From assembly GCA_964652835.1 (NCBI GenBank), contig CAZZCB010000002.1, positions 584 to 64,583 on the forward strand: a DNA stretch of 64,000 bases, written 5' to 3'. Origin of the DNA: an uncultured Candidatus Saccharibacteria bacterium. Its GTDB lineage: Bacteria > Patescibacteriota > Minisyncoccia > Phycocordibacterales > CSBR16-119. The notes beneath the pieces were generated by a model. The model did not search any database. It was not told where the DNA came from and saw nothing but the letters and a program-made list of their open reading frames with translations. The translations under genes and the position numbers were made by a program. Below, in pieces: positions 53,897 through 62,934 of the stretch (its first letter is position 1; every line of letters starts with the position of its first letter).

Positions 53897-54469
53897 ATGG
53901 CAGAATTTAAAAGAAGTGGTGGATACGGAGATAAAAATAGAGGCGGAGGCGGATTTAAAAGAGGTGGTGATAGACCATCATCTTTCGGAGGGCGACCTTC
54001 TTTTGGCTCTAAATTTGGAGGAAGAAGCGACGGACCAAAAACTATGCACAAAGCAATTTGCGCAGGTTGCGGAAAAACTTGTGAAGTTCCTTTTAAACCA
54101 AATGGACAAAAGCCAGTTTTCTGTAATGACTGTTTCGGAGATCAGCGAGATGAAAATAAAGGAGGTTCTGAAAACAAATACGAAAAGAGAAATTTCAGTG
54201 AGCCAAGATTTCCGAAAGCTGCTCGTCCAGAAAGAGACTATGTTAAGCCAGCTACTTTAGGTTCTGATTTAAAGAAAGAGATTGATTCTCTAAACGCCAA
54301 GCTTGATAAAATAATAGACATGATGAAGCAAGGTATCAAACCAAAGTCACCTGAAAAAGAAAGAGATATTCCAGCGCTTCTAGCTGACATTGAAAGCACA
54401 GAGGGAAAATCAAAAAAGAAATCAACTAAAAAAGTTTCTGCTAAAAAAGCTAGTAAGAAAAAGAAGTAA
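53897..54469 (+). CDS. Gly/Arg-rich (RGG-like) protein with a C4 zinc ribbon and a Lys-rich tail; putative nucleic-acid-binding protein.
   Basis: N-terminal 'GGYGDKNRGGGGFKRGGDRPSSFGGRPSFGSKFGGRSDG', 'CAGCGKTCEVPFKPNGQKPVFCNDCF' (CxxC...CxxC), C-terminal 'KSKKKSTKKVSAKKASKKKK'. Followed by the terminator at 54490-54526. Confidence 0.6.
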   Translation: MAEFKRSGGYGDKNRGGGGFKRGGDRPSSFGGRPSFGSKFGGRSDGPKTMHKAICAGCGKTCEVPFKPNGQKPVFCNDCFGDQRDENKGGSENKYEKRNFSEPRFPKAARPERDYVKPATLGSDLKKEIDSLNAKLDKIIDMMKQGIKPKSPEKERDIPALLADIESTEGKSKKKSTKKVSAKKASKKKK

Positions 54470-54539
54470 AATATAAATACGGAAAATATAAAGGCGCGCC
54501 CAGAGGGCGCGCCTTTATATTTTCTTGTATAATCAGGGA

Positions 54540-54800
54540 ATGAAATATTTCGTATACATCTTGGAGTGCAGTGATAAAACTCTGTACGTCGGCTCTACAA
54601 CAGATCTTGAAAAAAGACTTCACGCTCACAACAATCTAAAATCTGGCGCCCACTACACAAAAATACGTCGTCCAGTAAATCTTAAATACTGCCAGTGGTT
54701 TAAAACTTACGCAAAATCTAGAAGCCGGGAAGCCGAGCTTAAAAGACTTACTAGGGAAGAAAAGCTTCATCTTATTAAAAATCATAATATGGTAAAATAA
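54540..54800 (+). CDS. GIY-YIG nuclease-family protein (YhbQ/UPF0213-like).
   Basis: 'KYFVYILECSDKTLYVGSTTDLEKRLHAHN'. TATAAT at 54527-54532 lies 7 nt before the ATG, so the transcript is probably leaderless. Confidence 0.8.
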   Translation: MKYFVYILECSDKTLYVGSTTDLEKRLHAHNNLKSGAHYTKIRRPVNLKYCQWFKTYAKSRSREAELKRLTREEKLHLIKNHNMVK

Positions 54801-54804
54801 AGTT

Positions 54805-55200
54805 ATGAATACATATAACTGGTATCAAACTTTAATAAAGCCCTCTTTCGCTCCGCCGTCTTTTCTTTTCGGACCCGTCTGGACAGTTCTCTACATAATA
54901 ATAGCCTACACTTTTGGCACAGTTTTTTATAAACTTTTCAAAGGCCAGATTCCTTTTATTATCGCTCTGCCATTTTTTTTAAACTTAGTTTTTAACTTTG
55001 CTTTTACTCCGCTTCAGTTCGGTTTAAAAAACAATCTATTTGCGGCGATAGATATTGCTTTAGTTTTAGGAACACTCATCTGGGCGATGGTTGCTATTTG
55101 GCCATATGCAAAATGGATTGTTTACGCAAATATTCCATATCTTCTTTGGGTAACTTTCGCGACAGCTCTCCAGTTTACGATTACTTATTTAAATAGATAA
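54805..55200 (+). CDS. TspO/MBR-family (tryptophan-rich sensory) membrane protein, short.
   Basis: 'WYQTLIKPSFAPPSFLFGPVWTVLYIIIAY' matches the TspO N-terminal consensus; it has 4-5 TM. Confidence 0.75.
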   Translation: MNTYNWYQTLIKPSFAPPSFLFGPVWTVLYIIIAYTFGTVFYKLFKGQIPFIIALPFFLNLVFNFAFTPLQFGLKNNLFAAIDIALVLGTLIWAMVAIWPYAKWIVYANIPYLLWVTFATALQFTITYLNR

Positions 55201-55203
55201 ATT

Positions 55204-55740
55204 ATGAAAATTAAGGTAGCTTCAACAAATCCACAAAAAATACAAGCAGTAAAAGATCTATCTTTAGAATATGATTTCCTAAAAGATTCATTTATAGAAG
55301 GCGTTTCTGTTCCATCAGGTGTTAGTGATCAACCCAAGTCTTTAGATGAAACTATAACCGGTGCTAAAAATAGAGCAAAATCAGCTTTTGAAGATTGCGA
55401 ACTTAGTTTTGGTTTAGAAAGCGGGTTAATGAACGTTCCAGAAACTAAAAGTGGACAGATGGATGTTTGCGTATGTGCCATTTATGATGGAAAGGAATTT
55501 CATCTTGGTCTTTCTTCTGCCTTTGAAGCACCTAAAAGAGTCACAGAACTAATGGCTGAAGGTATGAATATGTCAGATGCTTGTTTTGAAGCTGGGCTAA
55601 CAGATGATAAAAATATTGGATCTTCAGAAGGTCTTATTGGTTTATTAACTAAAAATAAAATAACAAGACTTGAATACACAAAACAAGCTGTGGCAACCGC
55701 TTTAATTCATTTGGAAAACAGAGATCTTTTTAATTATTAA
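55204..55740 (+). CDS. Non-canonical purine NTP phosphatase (YjjX-like inosine/xanthosine triphosphatase).
   Basis: 'KIKVASTNPQKIQAVK...VSVPSGVSDQPKSLDETITGAKNRAK' parallels the YjjX sequence 'VVCATTNPAKI...[22 protein letters not shown]'. Confidence 0.7.
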   Translation: MKIKVASTNPQKIQAVKDLSLEYDFLKDSFIEGVSVPSGVSDQPKSLDETITGAKNRAKSAFEDCELSFGLESGLMNVPETKSGQMDVCVCAIYDGKEFHLGLSSAFEAPKRVTELMAEGMNMSDACFEAGLTDDKNIGSSEGLIGLLTKNKITRLEYTKQAVATALIHLENRDLFNY

Positions 55741-56996
55741 ACACCAGCATCTTTTCCTGCCACGTATCCGGTCGTCCAACAAAGCTGGAGACTGTATCCT
55801 CCTGACGGCCTGTCGACGTTTAAAACATCTCCGACGATATATAAATTATCAAAAAGGCGTGAACGCATTGTTTTAAAATCTACTTCCGAAAGATCAACTC
55901 CGCCCGAAGAAACGATAGCCTTCTCTTTTCCTAAAAGGTCCGACACCTGCATTTTCAAATGTTTAATATTTTGAACTAAAGATATTCTTCCTTCGCGAGT
56001 GACGCTGTTGTTAAAAGTTTCCCCTGGAACGCCTGCTTTTTCTAGGGTTACTTCTACTAGAGAATTAGGGATTAAAGTTCCCAGAGAATTTTTAATCATC
56101 TTTTTATTTTCTGTTTTGAAAAGCTCTTGGAGTTTTTCGTTAAGTGTTCCGTAGTTTTCTTTCGGTAGTAAATCAAGTTCAATAAAAACCTCACCGTATT
56201 TTAAAAGTTCACCGACGTCTTTGCTCATATTGAGTACTGTCGGACCAGAAATACCAAAATGCGTAAAAAGAATTTTACCTTTCTCTACTTTTTGTTTTTC
56301 GCCGTCTTGGAAAAGTGAAAGCTTGATATCTGTTAGCGTTACGCCAGATAGTTTTTTAACCCAAGAGTCTTTTATGGAAATAGGCACGAGTGACGCATCG
56401 CTATCTAAAACTTTATGACCTAAATCTTTCAGCCATTTAAATCCGTCACCCGTTGAGCCAGTTTCTGGACGAGACGTTCCGCCTGTAGCTACGATAAATT
56501 TCTTTGCTTTGATTTTTTCACCATTTTCTAAAATCGCCTGTGTCACTTGTCCACCTTCTTTTTCTAATTTTTTAACAGGAGAATTTGAAAGTATTTCTAC
56601 TTGATTTTCTTTTAGATTTTCTACTAAAACGTCCCATACAGACTGCGCACGCTCTGTGATAGGGAAGGCACGTTTTTCGTTTTCAACTTTTGTATCAAGA
56701 CCCTTTGAAAGGAAAAAGTCGAGTGACTCTTTTACACCAAACGTGCTAAAGGGTGAAAACAGAAAAGGCTCAGCTTCTTTGTATTTTGAAAGTAGTATGC
56801 GGGTGTCGAATTCAGCATTTGTTATGTTGCATCTACCACCACCAGTTATAAGAAGTTTCTTGCCTAAAGAGTCGTTCTTCTCTATAAGAAGAACTTTTAA
56901 TTTCTTGTTTTGGCTTTTTGCCGTGCCTGCGGACATCATCCCAGCTGGACCACCGCCGATAACAACCAAATCCCAGATAGTGTCTTTTGTGTTCAT
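55737..56996 (-). CDS. HI0933-like FAD-dependent oxidoreductase (YhiN/aminoacetone-oxidase family).
   Basis: 'WDLVVIGGGPAGMMSA' (FAD GxGxxG) and 'LLITGGGRCNITN' hallmark. Start taken at the internal Met (MNTKDTIWDL). Confidence 0.8.
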   Translation of the reverse strand: MNTKDTIWDLVVIGGGPAGMMSAGTAKSQNKKLKVLLIEKNDSLGKKLLITGGGRCNITNAEFDTRILLSKYKEAEPFLFSPFSTFGVKESLDFFLSKGLDTKVENEKRAFPITERAQSVWDVLVENLKENQVEILSNSPVKKLEKEGGQVTQAILENGEKIKAKKFIVATGGTSRPETGSTGDGFKWLKDLGHKVLDSDASLVPISIKDSWVKKLSGVTLTDIKLSLFQDGEKQKVEKGKILFTHFGISGPTVLNMSKDVGELLKYGEVFIELDLLPKENYGTLNEKLQELFKTENKKMIKNSLGTLIPNSLVEVTLEKAGVPGETFNNSVTREGRISLVQNIKHLKMQVSDLLGKEKAIVSSGGVDLSEVDFKTMRSRLFDNLYIVGDVLNVDRPSGGYSLQLCWTTGYVAGKDAGV

Positions 56997-57161
56997 ACAC
57001 CAGATGTTAACATAAAACTTTCGTTTTTGGTTTATGTTTTTGTTCTTAAAGAAGGGAAGAGGGCGTACGAAGCAATACCTTAAAAACTTTGACAAAAATA
57101 AACTTTGTTGTAATATGGTTTTTGGATTCGTTCACAAACCACCCTAATCAATTTGAGCAAC

Positions 57162-57566
57162 ATGAAGAAAGTGGCAGAAGAAGCGTTTTTTGTCGGACCT
57201 CGCACCTTGTGGAACGAAATCCTGGACTCAGGTAACTCTGAGACCAGGATTTCCGTTGGCAACAATAACCTTCGCACTGAATATTATATGCGAAGGACTT
57301 CACATCCGAAGAAGATGGAGTGTATTCACATACTTCACTTCCCGTGGAAAAAGCATTTGGCTGAAGCGGGCTTTACTTGTGGGGACACCTGCATTGTTTC
57401 GCTCATTGAGGTTTCTAATGTGGTCGACACCCAGAACTCATCGGCTGCGATAATGGTCACTTCATTCGACCAACTTCAGGCGTATGTTCTTATCGATAAC
57501 TCTGAACAGTTCATGGAGCTGTATAAGCAACTTCGTGAGAACATGCGAACTCAGGTCGTCGTCTGA
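57162..57566 (+). CDS. Hypothetical protein (higher-GC ORFan).
   Basis: About 134 aa, followed by the GC hairpin plus T8 terminator at about 57585-57625. Confidence 0.4.
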   Translation: MKKVAEEAFFVGPRTLWNEILDSGNSETRISVGNNNLRTEYYMRRTSHPKKMECIHILHFPWKKHLAEAGFTCGDTCIVSLIEVSNVVDTQNSSAAIMVTSFDQLQAYVLIDNSEQFMELYKQLRENMRTQVVV

Positions 57567-57669
57567 TCTACCATTTTCGCCCAAGCCGCACATTCCCAGA
57601 AGGGGGTGGGCGGCTTTTTTTTGTGGATATTACTTCGCATTTAAAAATATTTTCTATATACTTATATAT

Positions 57670-58701
57670 ATGGATACAAAAATACCACCAAAATATTTTT
57701 TCTTTACTTTACTTATTTTAGCAATAGCTTTTACTTTGGTTCTGTTTAGACCATTTTTAACAGTTATAATATTATCCGCTTCGCTTGCTTTAGTCTTCAG
57801 TCCTGTCTACAAGTGGCTTCAGTCTAAGATGACTTGGCAATCAGGCTGGCTTTCTTCAGTTCTCACGATTTTACTTTTTGTTGTGATACTTTGTGGACCA
57901 CTCTTTTTTGTAGGGAAGTTAATGTTTCAACAATCAACAGACCTCTATCAGTCCCTGACATCGACCTATGATTCAAATGAGTTCTTAGAAAATTTAGAAA
58001 TAAAGATAGCTGGTTTCTTGCCAGATAGTATTGATATAGACCTGAAACAAAAAATAGCTGACGCCGCTTCTTCTATATCTGAAAACCTGGGAACACTTTT
58101 TAGTTCAACCCTGAACACTATTTTTTCTTTCTTCTTGGTAATACTTTCGATGTTCTATTTCCTAAAAGACGGAGACAGATGGAAAAGAGCGATTATATTT
58201 TTAAGTCCGCTTCCAGATACGTATGATAAAAAAGTTATTGAGAGATTAAAAAGAGCGGTTAACGGTATTATCTTTGGTTATCTTTTTATTGGGTTTGCCC
58301 AAGGCGCGCTACTGGGTCTTGGTCTTGCGATTTTTGGAGTACCAAACGCCGTCCTGTTCGGAGTTATCGCTGCGATAGCATCTCTTGTGCCAATGTTCGG
58401 AACAGGTCTTGTTGCGATACCAGTTATTTTATTTTTGTTTGCTACTGGCGACACTGCTTCTGCTGTCGGTCTTTCTATTTGGGCTGGAGTTGTTGTAGGT
58501 GCATCAGACGAAGTTCTAAGACCTCTTGTTATCGGAAACCATTTAAATATTCCTCCACTACTAATACTCTTTGCAGTTTTAGGAGGACTAGCATTTTTAG
58601 GACCTATTGGAGTTTTGATTGGTCCTCTAACACTTAGCCTACTTCACGCTCTTGTTTCTATATACAGAGATGGTGAAAAGAAAGTTGACCTTAGTGTATA
58701 A
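57670..58701 (+). CDS. AI-2E family transporter (PerM/UPF0118 permease).
   Basis: 8 TM helices with the typical topology and conserved 'FFLVILSMFYFLKDG', 'GLVAIPVILFL', 'LRPLVIGNHLNIPPLL'. Start at the internal Met after the upstream terminator. Confidence 0.8.
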   Translation: MDTKIPPKYFFFTLLILAIAFTLVLFRPFLTVIILSASLALVFSPVYKWLQSKMTWQSGWLSSVLTILLFVVILCGPLFFVGKLMFQQSTDLYQSLTSTYDSNEFLENLEIKIAGFLPDSIDIDLKQKIADAASSISENLGTLFSSTLNTIFSFFLVILSMFYFLKDGDRWKRAIIFLSPLPDTYDKKVIERLKRAVNGIIFGYLFIGFAQGALLGLGLAIFGVPNAVLFGVIAAIASLVPMFGTGLVAIPVILFLFATGDTASAVGLSIWAGVVVGASDEVLRPLVIGNHLNIPPLLILFAVLGGLAFLGPIGVLIGPLTLSLLHALVSIYRDGEKKVDLSV

Positions 58702-58739
58702 TATTTTTTAATTTATTATTTATTAAATTTATTTTTAAT

Positions 58740-59276
58740 ATGGCAAAAATAGTTTTAGCAATATTGGTTTTAGGTGGGGCAGCATTTTTGATTTTTTCTG
58801 GAGGCAATAAAGACGATGTAAAAACTGAGGAAAACACACAAGAGTCACAGAGTGCGGATCAGGTAAATGTAGAATCAAAAGATTTTGAAGAGAAGACAAC
58901 TCTTTCAAGGCTTATGGGTAAAGGCGGAAACTATATGTGTACTTTTGTTCACAATACACAGATGGGCGAGTCGACAGGAACAGTTTATATTTCAAACAAA
59001 AAAATCAGAGGTGATTTTGTCAGCAAGGTTTCCGTCCCAGGCCTTCCAAATATGGGTGACATAACTACTCACATGATAAGCGACGGAGAATCTGTTTACA
59101 CTTGGTCATCAATGTCTGCCGAAGGTTATAAAGTTCCGGTGGCGCAGGAAGACAAGACAGTTGAGTCTTCAGCCAGCGTTCCAGTAGATCAAGAACTTGA
59201 TTATAAATGTGTTGGATGGACAGCCGATCAGTCAAAGTTTTCTTTGCCAACAAATATTACTTTTAAAACAATCTAA
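58740..59276 (+). CDS. Hypothetical secreted/membrane-anchored protein.
   Basis: N-terminal TM 'IVLAILVLGGAAFLIF', acidic linker, then a globular domain. Terminator at 59284-59313. Confidence 0.5.
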   Translation: MAKIVLAILVLGGAAFLIFSGGNKDDVKTEENTQESQSADQVNVESKDFEEKTTLSRLMGKGGNYMCTFVHNTQMGESTGTVYISNKKIRGDFVSKVSVPGLPNMGDITTHMISDGESVYTWSSMSAEGYKVPVAQEDKTVESSASVPVDQELDYKCVGWTADQSKFSLPTNITFKTI

Positions 59277-59818
59277 ACAGAAGAAAAGCCCGCGCGGAGC
59301 GCGGGCTTTTTGTATGCAATAAAGAACTCGGTGGTTGCTTGGTGTTTGGTTTCTACCATTTGATTATCGCTTGCCAGACGAGGTCTTGAACCTGTCTTAT
59401 TTGTGGCGTAGATTCTCTGGCTACTTTCTTTTTTATTGGCCTCAGTATTCCAACTCTTGGGCGTGTCGGAGTGATCACGTGTCTTCCGCTGTTTCTGCTT
59501 CTCATGGGACTTTGATTTTTTATATTCTATAACATAAAAAATAAAAAGTCATCTTATATTTTTTTAAAAAAATCATAAAAAATATTTTGAAAATATTTTT
59601 TATCTAAAATAAAAAATTAAAAATAAATTTATTTTTAAAAATAAAAAAAGTTTTGCACAGTTTTTTTATTTTGCTCTATGTTTTTTTTCAAATAAGAAGT
59701 AAAATTTTAGTAACGTTCACTTCAAACAATCTTTCCTTCAGGCTTTTGCAAAAGTTTTAAGGAGAACGTAGGTTGATATTATTATTAGTATTTAATCACG
59801 CAAGTGATCCAACTAACA

Positions 59819-59923
59819 TGGCAAAGAAAAAAGCTGCAAAAAAGAAAGTTGCTAAAAAAGTAGCAAAGAAGAAAGTTGCTAAAAAAGCAGCAAAGAAAAA
59901 AGTTGCAAAGAAGAAGCGATAAT
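59819..59923 (+). CDS. 34-aa Lys/Ala-rich repeat mini-protein (histone H1/Hc1-like tail or cationic amphipathic peptide).
   Basis: MAKKKAAKKKVAKKVAKKKVAKKAAKKKVAKKKR, preceded by an about-180-bp almost pure A/T tract and followed by the terminator at 59941-59977. Confidence 0.4.
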
Positions 59924-59940
59924 TTTATCCCACTTACACA

Positions 59941-59977
59941 AAACCCCGCATTTGCGGGGTTTTGTGTTTCTTTTTTA
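59941..59977 (+). terminator. Rho-independent terminator (AAAACCCCGC-attt-GCGGGGTTTTGTGTTTCTTTTTT).
   Basis: GC stem plus a long T-run. Confidence 0.75.
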
Positions 59978-60005
59978 CAAAGCTTTTGTTTGATATAATG
60001 GGCGC

Positions 60006-60494
60006 ATGGAAACATTTAAATTAATTAGAAATATATTTGTAGTTTTATTAGCGCTCGGTTTTACTTTTCTTTTACTTAGTTATTTAAAAAATAAAGAAGT
60101 AGTGCAGGCGCCAGAAGATTCTTCAGATAAAGGAAATGAAACAGAAGTATTTTCTCTGACAAGCTTAAAAGGAGTTGAAATATTTATTGATTCGCCAAAA
60201 GAAAACACTGTTGTCTCAAGTCCTCTTAAAATAACAGGAAAAGCTCCAGGGAATTGGTTTTTTGAAGCGAGCGCGCCAGTCACGATAACAAACTGGGACG
60301 GACTGATCATCGGCGAGTCATACATAACAGCAAAAGGCGAGTGGATGACTACAGACTACGTACCCTTTGAAGGAGACCTAGAGTTTACAAATACAGAATA
60401 TGGAGATTATGGATTCCTGATTTTGCGAAAAGACAATCCATCAGGACTTCCAGAAAATGACGATGCTGTAGAGTTTAAAGTTTTATTTAAATAA
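60006..60494 (+). CDS. Gmad2-type immunoglobulin-like domain protein, membrane-anchored.
   Basis: N-terminal TM. 'SPLKITGKAPGNWFFEASAPVTITNWDGLIIGESYITAKGEWMTTDYVPFEGDLEF' matches the Gmad2 Ig-like domain pattern. Confidence 0.55.
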   Translation: METFKLIRNIFVVLLALGFTFLLLSYLKNKEVVQAPEDSSDKGNETEVFSLTSLKGVEIFIDSPKENTVVSSPLKITGKAPGNWFFEASAPVTITNWDGLIIGESYITAKGEWMTTDYVPFEGDLEFTNTEYGDYGFLILRKDNPSGLPENDDAVEFKVLFK

Positions 60495-60512
60495 AAAAGA
60501 AAGAAGGCCCTG

Positions 60513-60917
60513 CTAAGGGTCTTCTCTGTTTCCCGTGCTTAAACCCGGATCCATCTTTTTGAGTGTGGTCCACGACTTTAATTTAAAGTCGTATTTATAT
60601 TTTGCGCCGGGCGTCTTCACTACGAAGAATTTGGGCCCGGCGCTTTCTATTCTCATCTTTTCTTTTCCCAGGTCGTAGTCCTTATTCAAAAGACATCCGT
60701 GTGTACTCTCGGTGTTGCTTGAGAGGATAAAGATGTCACCACCTTTGTTTTTTGGGCATTTTATATGGCGGAGTATCCCTTCGCCAGGGATTACGTACAA
60801 GCGCTCTTTGCTTTTAGGGCAGAAGCGCCCTTCTTCGGGTATTAAAAAGTCGCAGCTTTGAGCATTTGCCCAGGTTGTGATGCAAATCGTCGCGGAGAGT
60901 AGGAAGATGTTTTTCAT
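60513..60917 (-). CDS. Hypothetical secreted Cys-containing protein.
   Basis: Signal peptide 'MKNIFLLSATICITTWANA'. 134 aa; converges on the bidirectional hairpin at about 60505-60530. Confidence 0.45.
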   Translation of the reverse strand: MKNIFLLSATICITTWANAQSCDFLIPEEGRFCPKSKERLYVIPGEGILRHIKCPKNKGGDIFILSSNTESTHGCLLNKDYDLGKEKMRIESAGPKFFVVKTPGAKYKYDFKLKSWTTLKKMDPGLSTGNREDP

Positions 60918-61262
60918 CGGATTTAGTTTTAAGGTGCTCTAAGAAAATTATAAAATGAATCCACATTTTGACAAAAGGTTTTTAAACAGTTACAAATATA
61001 GAGAACCAAAACATCACTTACCTGATGATAGCTCTTACATTAAAACTAAACCCGGTTGCCGCCACAATCCTTTTCCTTGGATTGGTGGCTGGGGTATATA
61101 TTGGATTTTTTTGGTGGCTGATCACCAAAGATCGTCCACCAAAAAGCAGCGACAAGTAGAATAAGGCCACCTCAAGGGGTGGCCTTATTTCTTTTAATCT
61201 GTAGATAAAAAATTCCTAATTTGCTACAATTTAACTGTAGTTATTATTTATATCTTATAAAT

Positions 61263-61457
61263 ATGGGAAAAATTTTGAAAATAATCCTTTGGGTTTTGGC
61301 TGCGATTATCGTGATCTATCTAGCTTTTGGTAGAACAAACAAAGAAGTCGTGGCTCCAACACCAGAGATGACTGGTGGACCAGCTGGCGATCGAGCGTTC
61401 CTACAAACAGATTTAGAGACAAACGCAGGCGCATCATCAGACTCTTCTATACAGTAG
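61263..61457 (+). CDS. Hypothetical small membrane protein.
   Basis: 'MGKILKIILWVLAAIIVIYLAF' TM; terminator at about 61469-61505. Confidence 0.3.
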   Translation: MGKILKIILWVLAAIIVIYLAFGRTNKEVVAPTPEMTGGPAGDRAFLQTDLETNAGASSDSSIQ

Positions 61458-61532
61458 TATTAAGAAAAAATACACATTTTTTCAAAAAGTGTGTATTTTT
61501 TCTTTAAAGACTTAAATGCTATAATACATTTT

Positions 61533-62933
61533 ATGTTAGATGCAATATCAAAAAAAATAGATTTTAAAAAAAATAAATACATATTACTAGGAGCTGCTTT
61601 CGTACTGCTACTTATTACTATAATCGGCGGTAATAAAAAAGAAGATCCAAGTCTTATTAGAAGTGGTGTTACTAGAGGAGATGTAAATTCTGTAATCAGT
61701 CTTTCAGGGAAAGTTGAGTCATCAAACGACGTATCACTTCGTTTCAATACAAGCGGAACTATTTCAAATGTTTACGTACAGGAAGGTCAGGCGGTGAAAG
61801 AAGGAGACAGACTTATGAGTCTAGATAACAGGTCTTTAGAAGCAGACTTGCTTAAAGCTACGGCAAACCTAGAACTTCAAAGAGCTGAGACTCGTGTTTC
61901 TAATGCAGAGCTGGACAGAGCAGTAGAAAGCGCTTATATAGAACTTCTAAACAATGACCTTCAGGCATATCCAAAAGATGAAGATGAGGACTACGACGTT
62001 GTTGTCCCTGTTGTTTCTGGTTCTTACACTGGTAAAAAAGAAGGAGTCTATAATATAGACATCTACGGATCAGCTGCATCTTCTGGTATTTCTTTTAGAT
62101 ATTCTGGGCTTGAACCTCAAGATACTGAAACTGTAAATCTTTATTCTATTTCAAAGCTTGGTAACCTAGGGCTTTATCTTCAGTTTGATGCAGACAGTAA
62201 CTACAGAAGTACTGAGTGGATTATTCCTATTCCTAATACAAGAAGTTCAACATATGCGACAGTGCTAAACAATTACAAAGAAGCTTTGGCGAGTCGTGAT
62301 GCAGGTGACTCTTCAAACGTATCTATAGAAATATCAAATGCAAAAATAAAACAAGCACAGGCGGAAATCGCTAGAATACAAGCTGACATAAGTGAAAGAG
62401 TTCTGCGAGCACCTTTTGACGGAACTGTTTCTTTTATCGGTCCACAAAAAGGGGAAATAGCTAGCACGACAGAAACAGCTATTTCTCTGATTTCTCCAGA
62501 AAGCTATGAGATTAAAATCCAAATCCCAGAAGTGGACTTGTCTCAAATACAGCAAGGTCAAGTGGCTGATATTACTCTAGACGCTTATCCAGGAGAGAAA
62601 TTTACTGGTTATGTAGTATCTATAGACCCAGCAGAGACTATTGTAGATGGAGTTTCTGTTTACGAAGCTTCTGTGTATTTTAACGAACAGGATCCTAAAA
62701 TTAAATCTGGAATGACAGCCAGTGTAAATATTTTTAGCGGTAAAAAAGAAAACGTTCTAAAAATCGGTAAGCAGTTCATAGAAAAAGATGAGATGGGAGA
62801 ATTTGTTTTAGTCTATATGGACGGCGAGCAAGTTAAAACATACATCACGACTGGGTTTGTCGGAACAGACGGATATGTAGAAGTAACTAGTGGACTTTTG
62901 GAAACAGATATTATAATCAGTAAATTCGAGTAA
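61533..62933 (+). CDS. HlyD/MFP-family periplasmic adaptor (MacA-like).
   Basis: N-terminal TM, biotin-lipoyl-like 'VISLSGKVESSNDVSLRFNTSGTISNVYVQEGQAVKEGDRLMSLD', coiled coil, beta-barrel region. Confidence 0.75.
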   Translation: MLDAISKKIDFKKNKYILLGAAFVLLLITIIGGNKKEDPSLIRSGVTRGDVNSVISLSGKVESSNDVSLRFNTSGTISNVYVQEGQAVKEGDRLMSLDNRSLEADLLKATANLELQRAETRVSNAELDRAVESAYIELLNNDLQAYPKDEDEDYDVVVPVVSGSYTGKKEGVYNIDIYGSAASSGISFRYSGLEPQDTETVNLYSISKLGNLGLYLQFDADSNYRSTEWIIPIPNTRSSTYATVLNNYKEALASRDAGDSSNVSIEISNAKIKQAQAEIARIQADISERVLRAPFDGTVSFIGPQKGEIASTTETAISLISPESYEIKIQIPEVDLSQIQQGQVADITLDAYPGEKFTGYVVSIDPAETIVDGVSVYEASVYFNEQDPKIKSGMTASVNIFSGKKENVLKIGKQFIEKDEMGEFVLVYMDGEQVKTYITTGFVGTDGYVEVTSGLLETDIIISKFE

Positions 62934-62934
62934 T

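Noticed and set aside
59921-59935. DnaA-box-like TTATCCCAC near the A/T tract, considered as a replication origin
   Set aside because: It is a single imperfect box, with no dnaA or dnaN nearby and no cluster of boxes. The A/T tract is better explained as a promoter/UP region for the downstream mini-gene.
59785-60015. 76-aa minus-strand ORF (Cys/Phe/Leu-rich)
   Set aside because: It is the antisense translation of the (AAG/AAA)n Lys-repeat mini-gene and the A/T tract. The + strand ORF has a proper terminator; this one does not.
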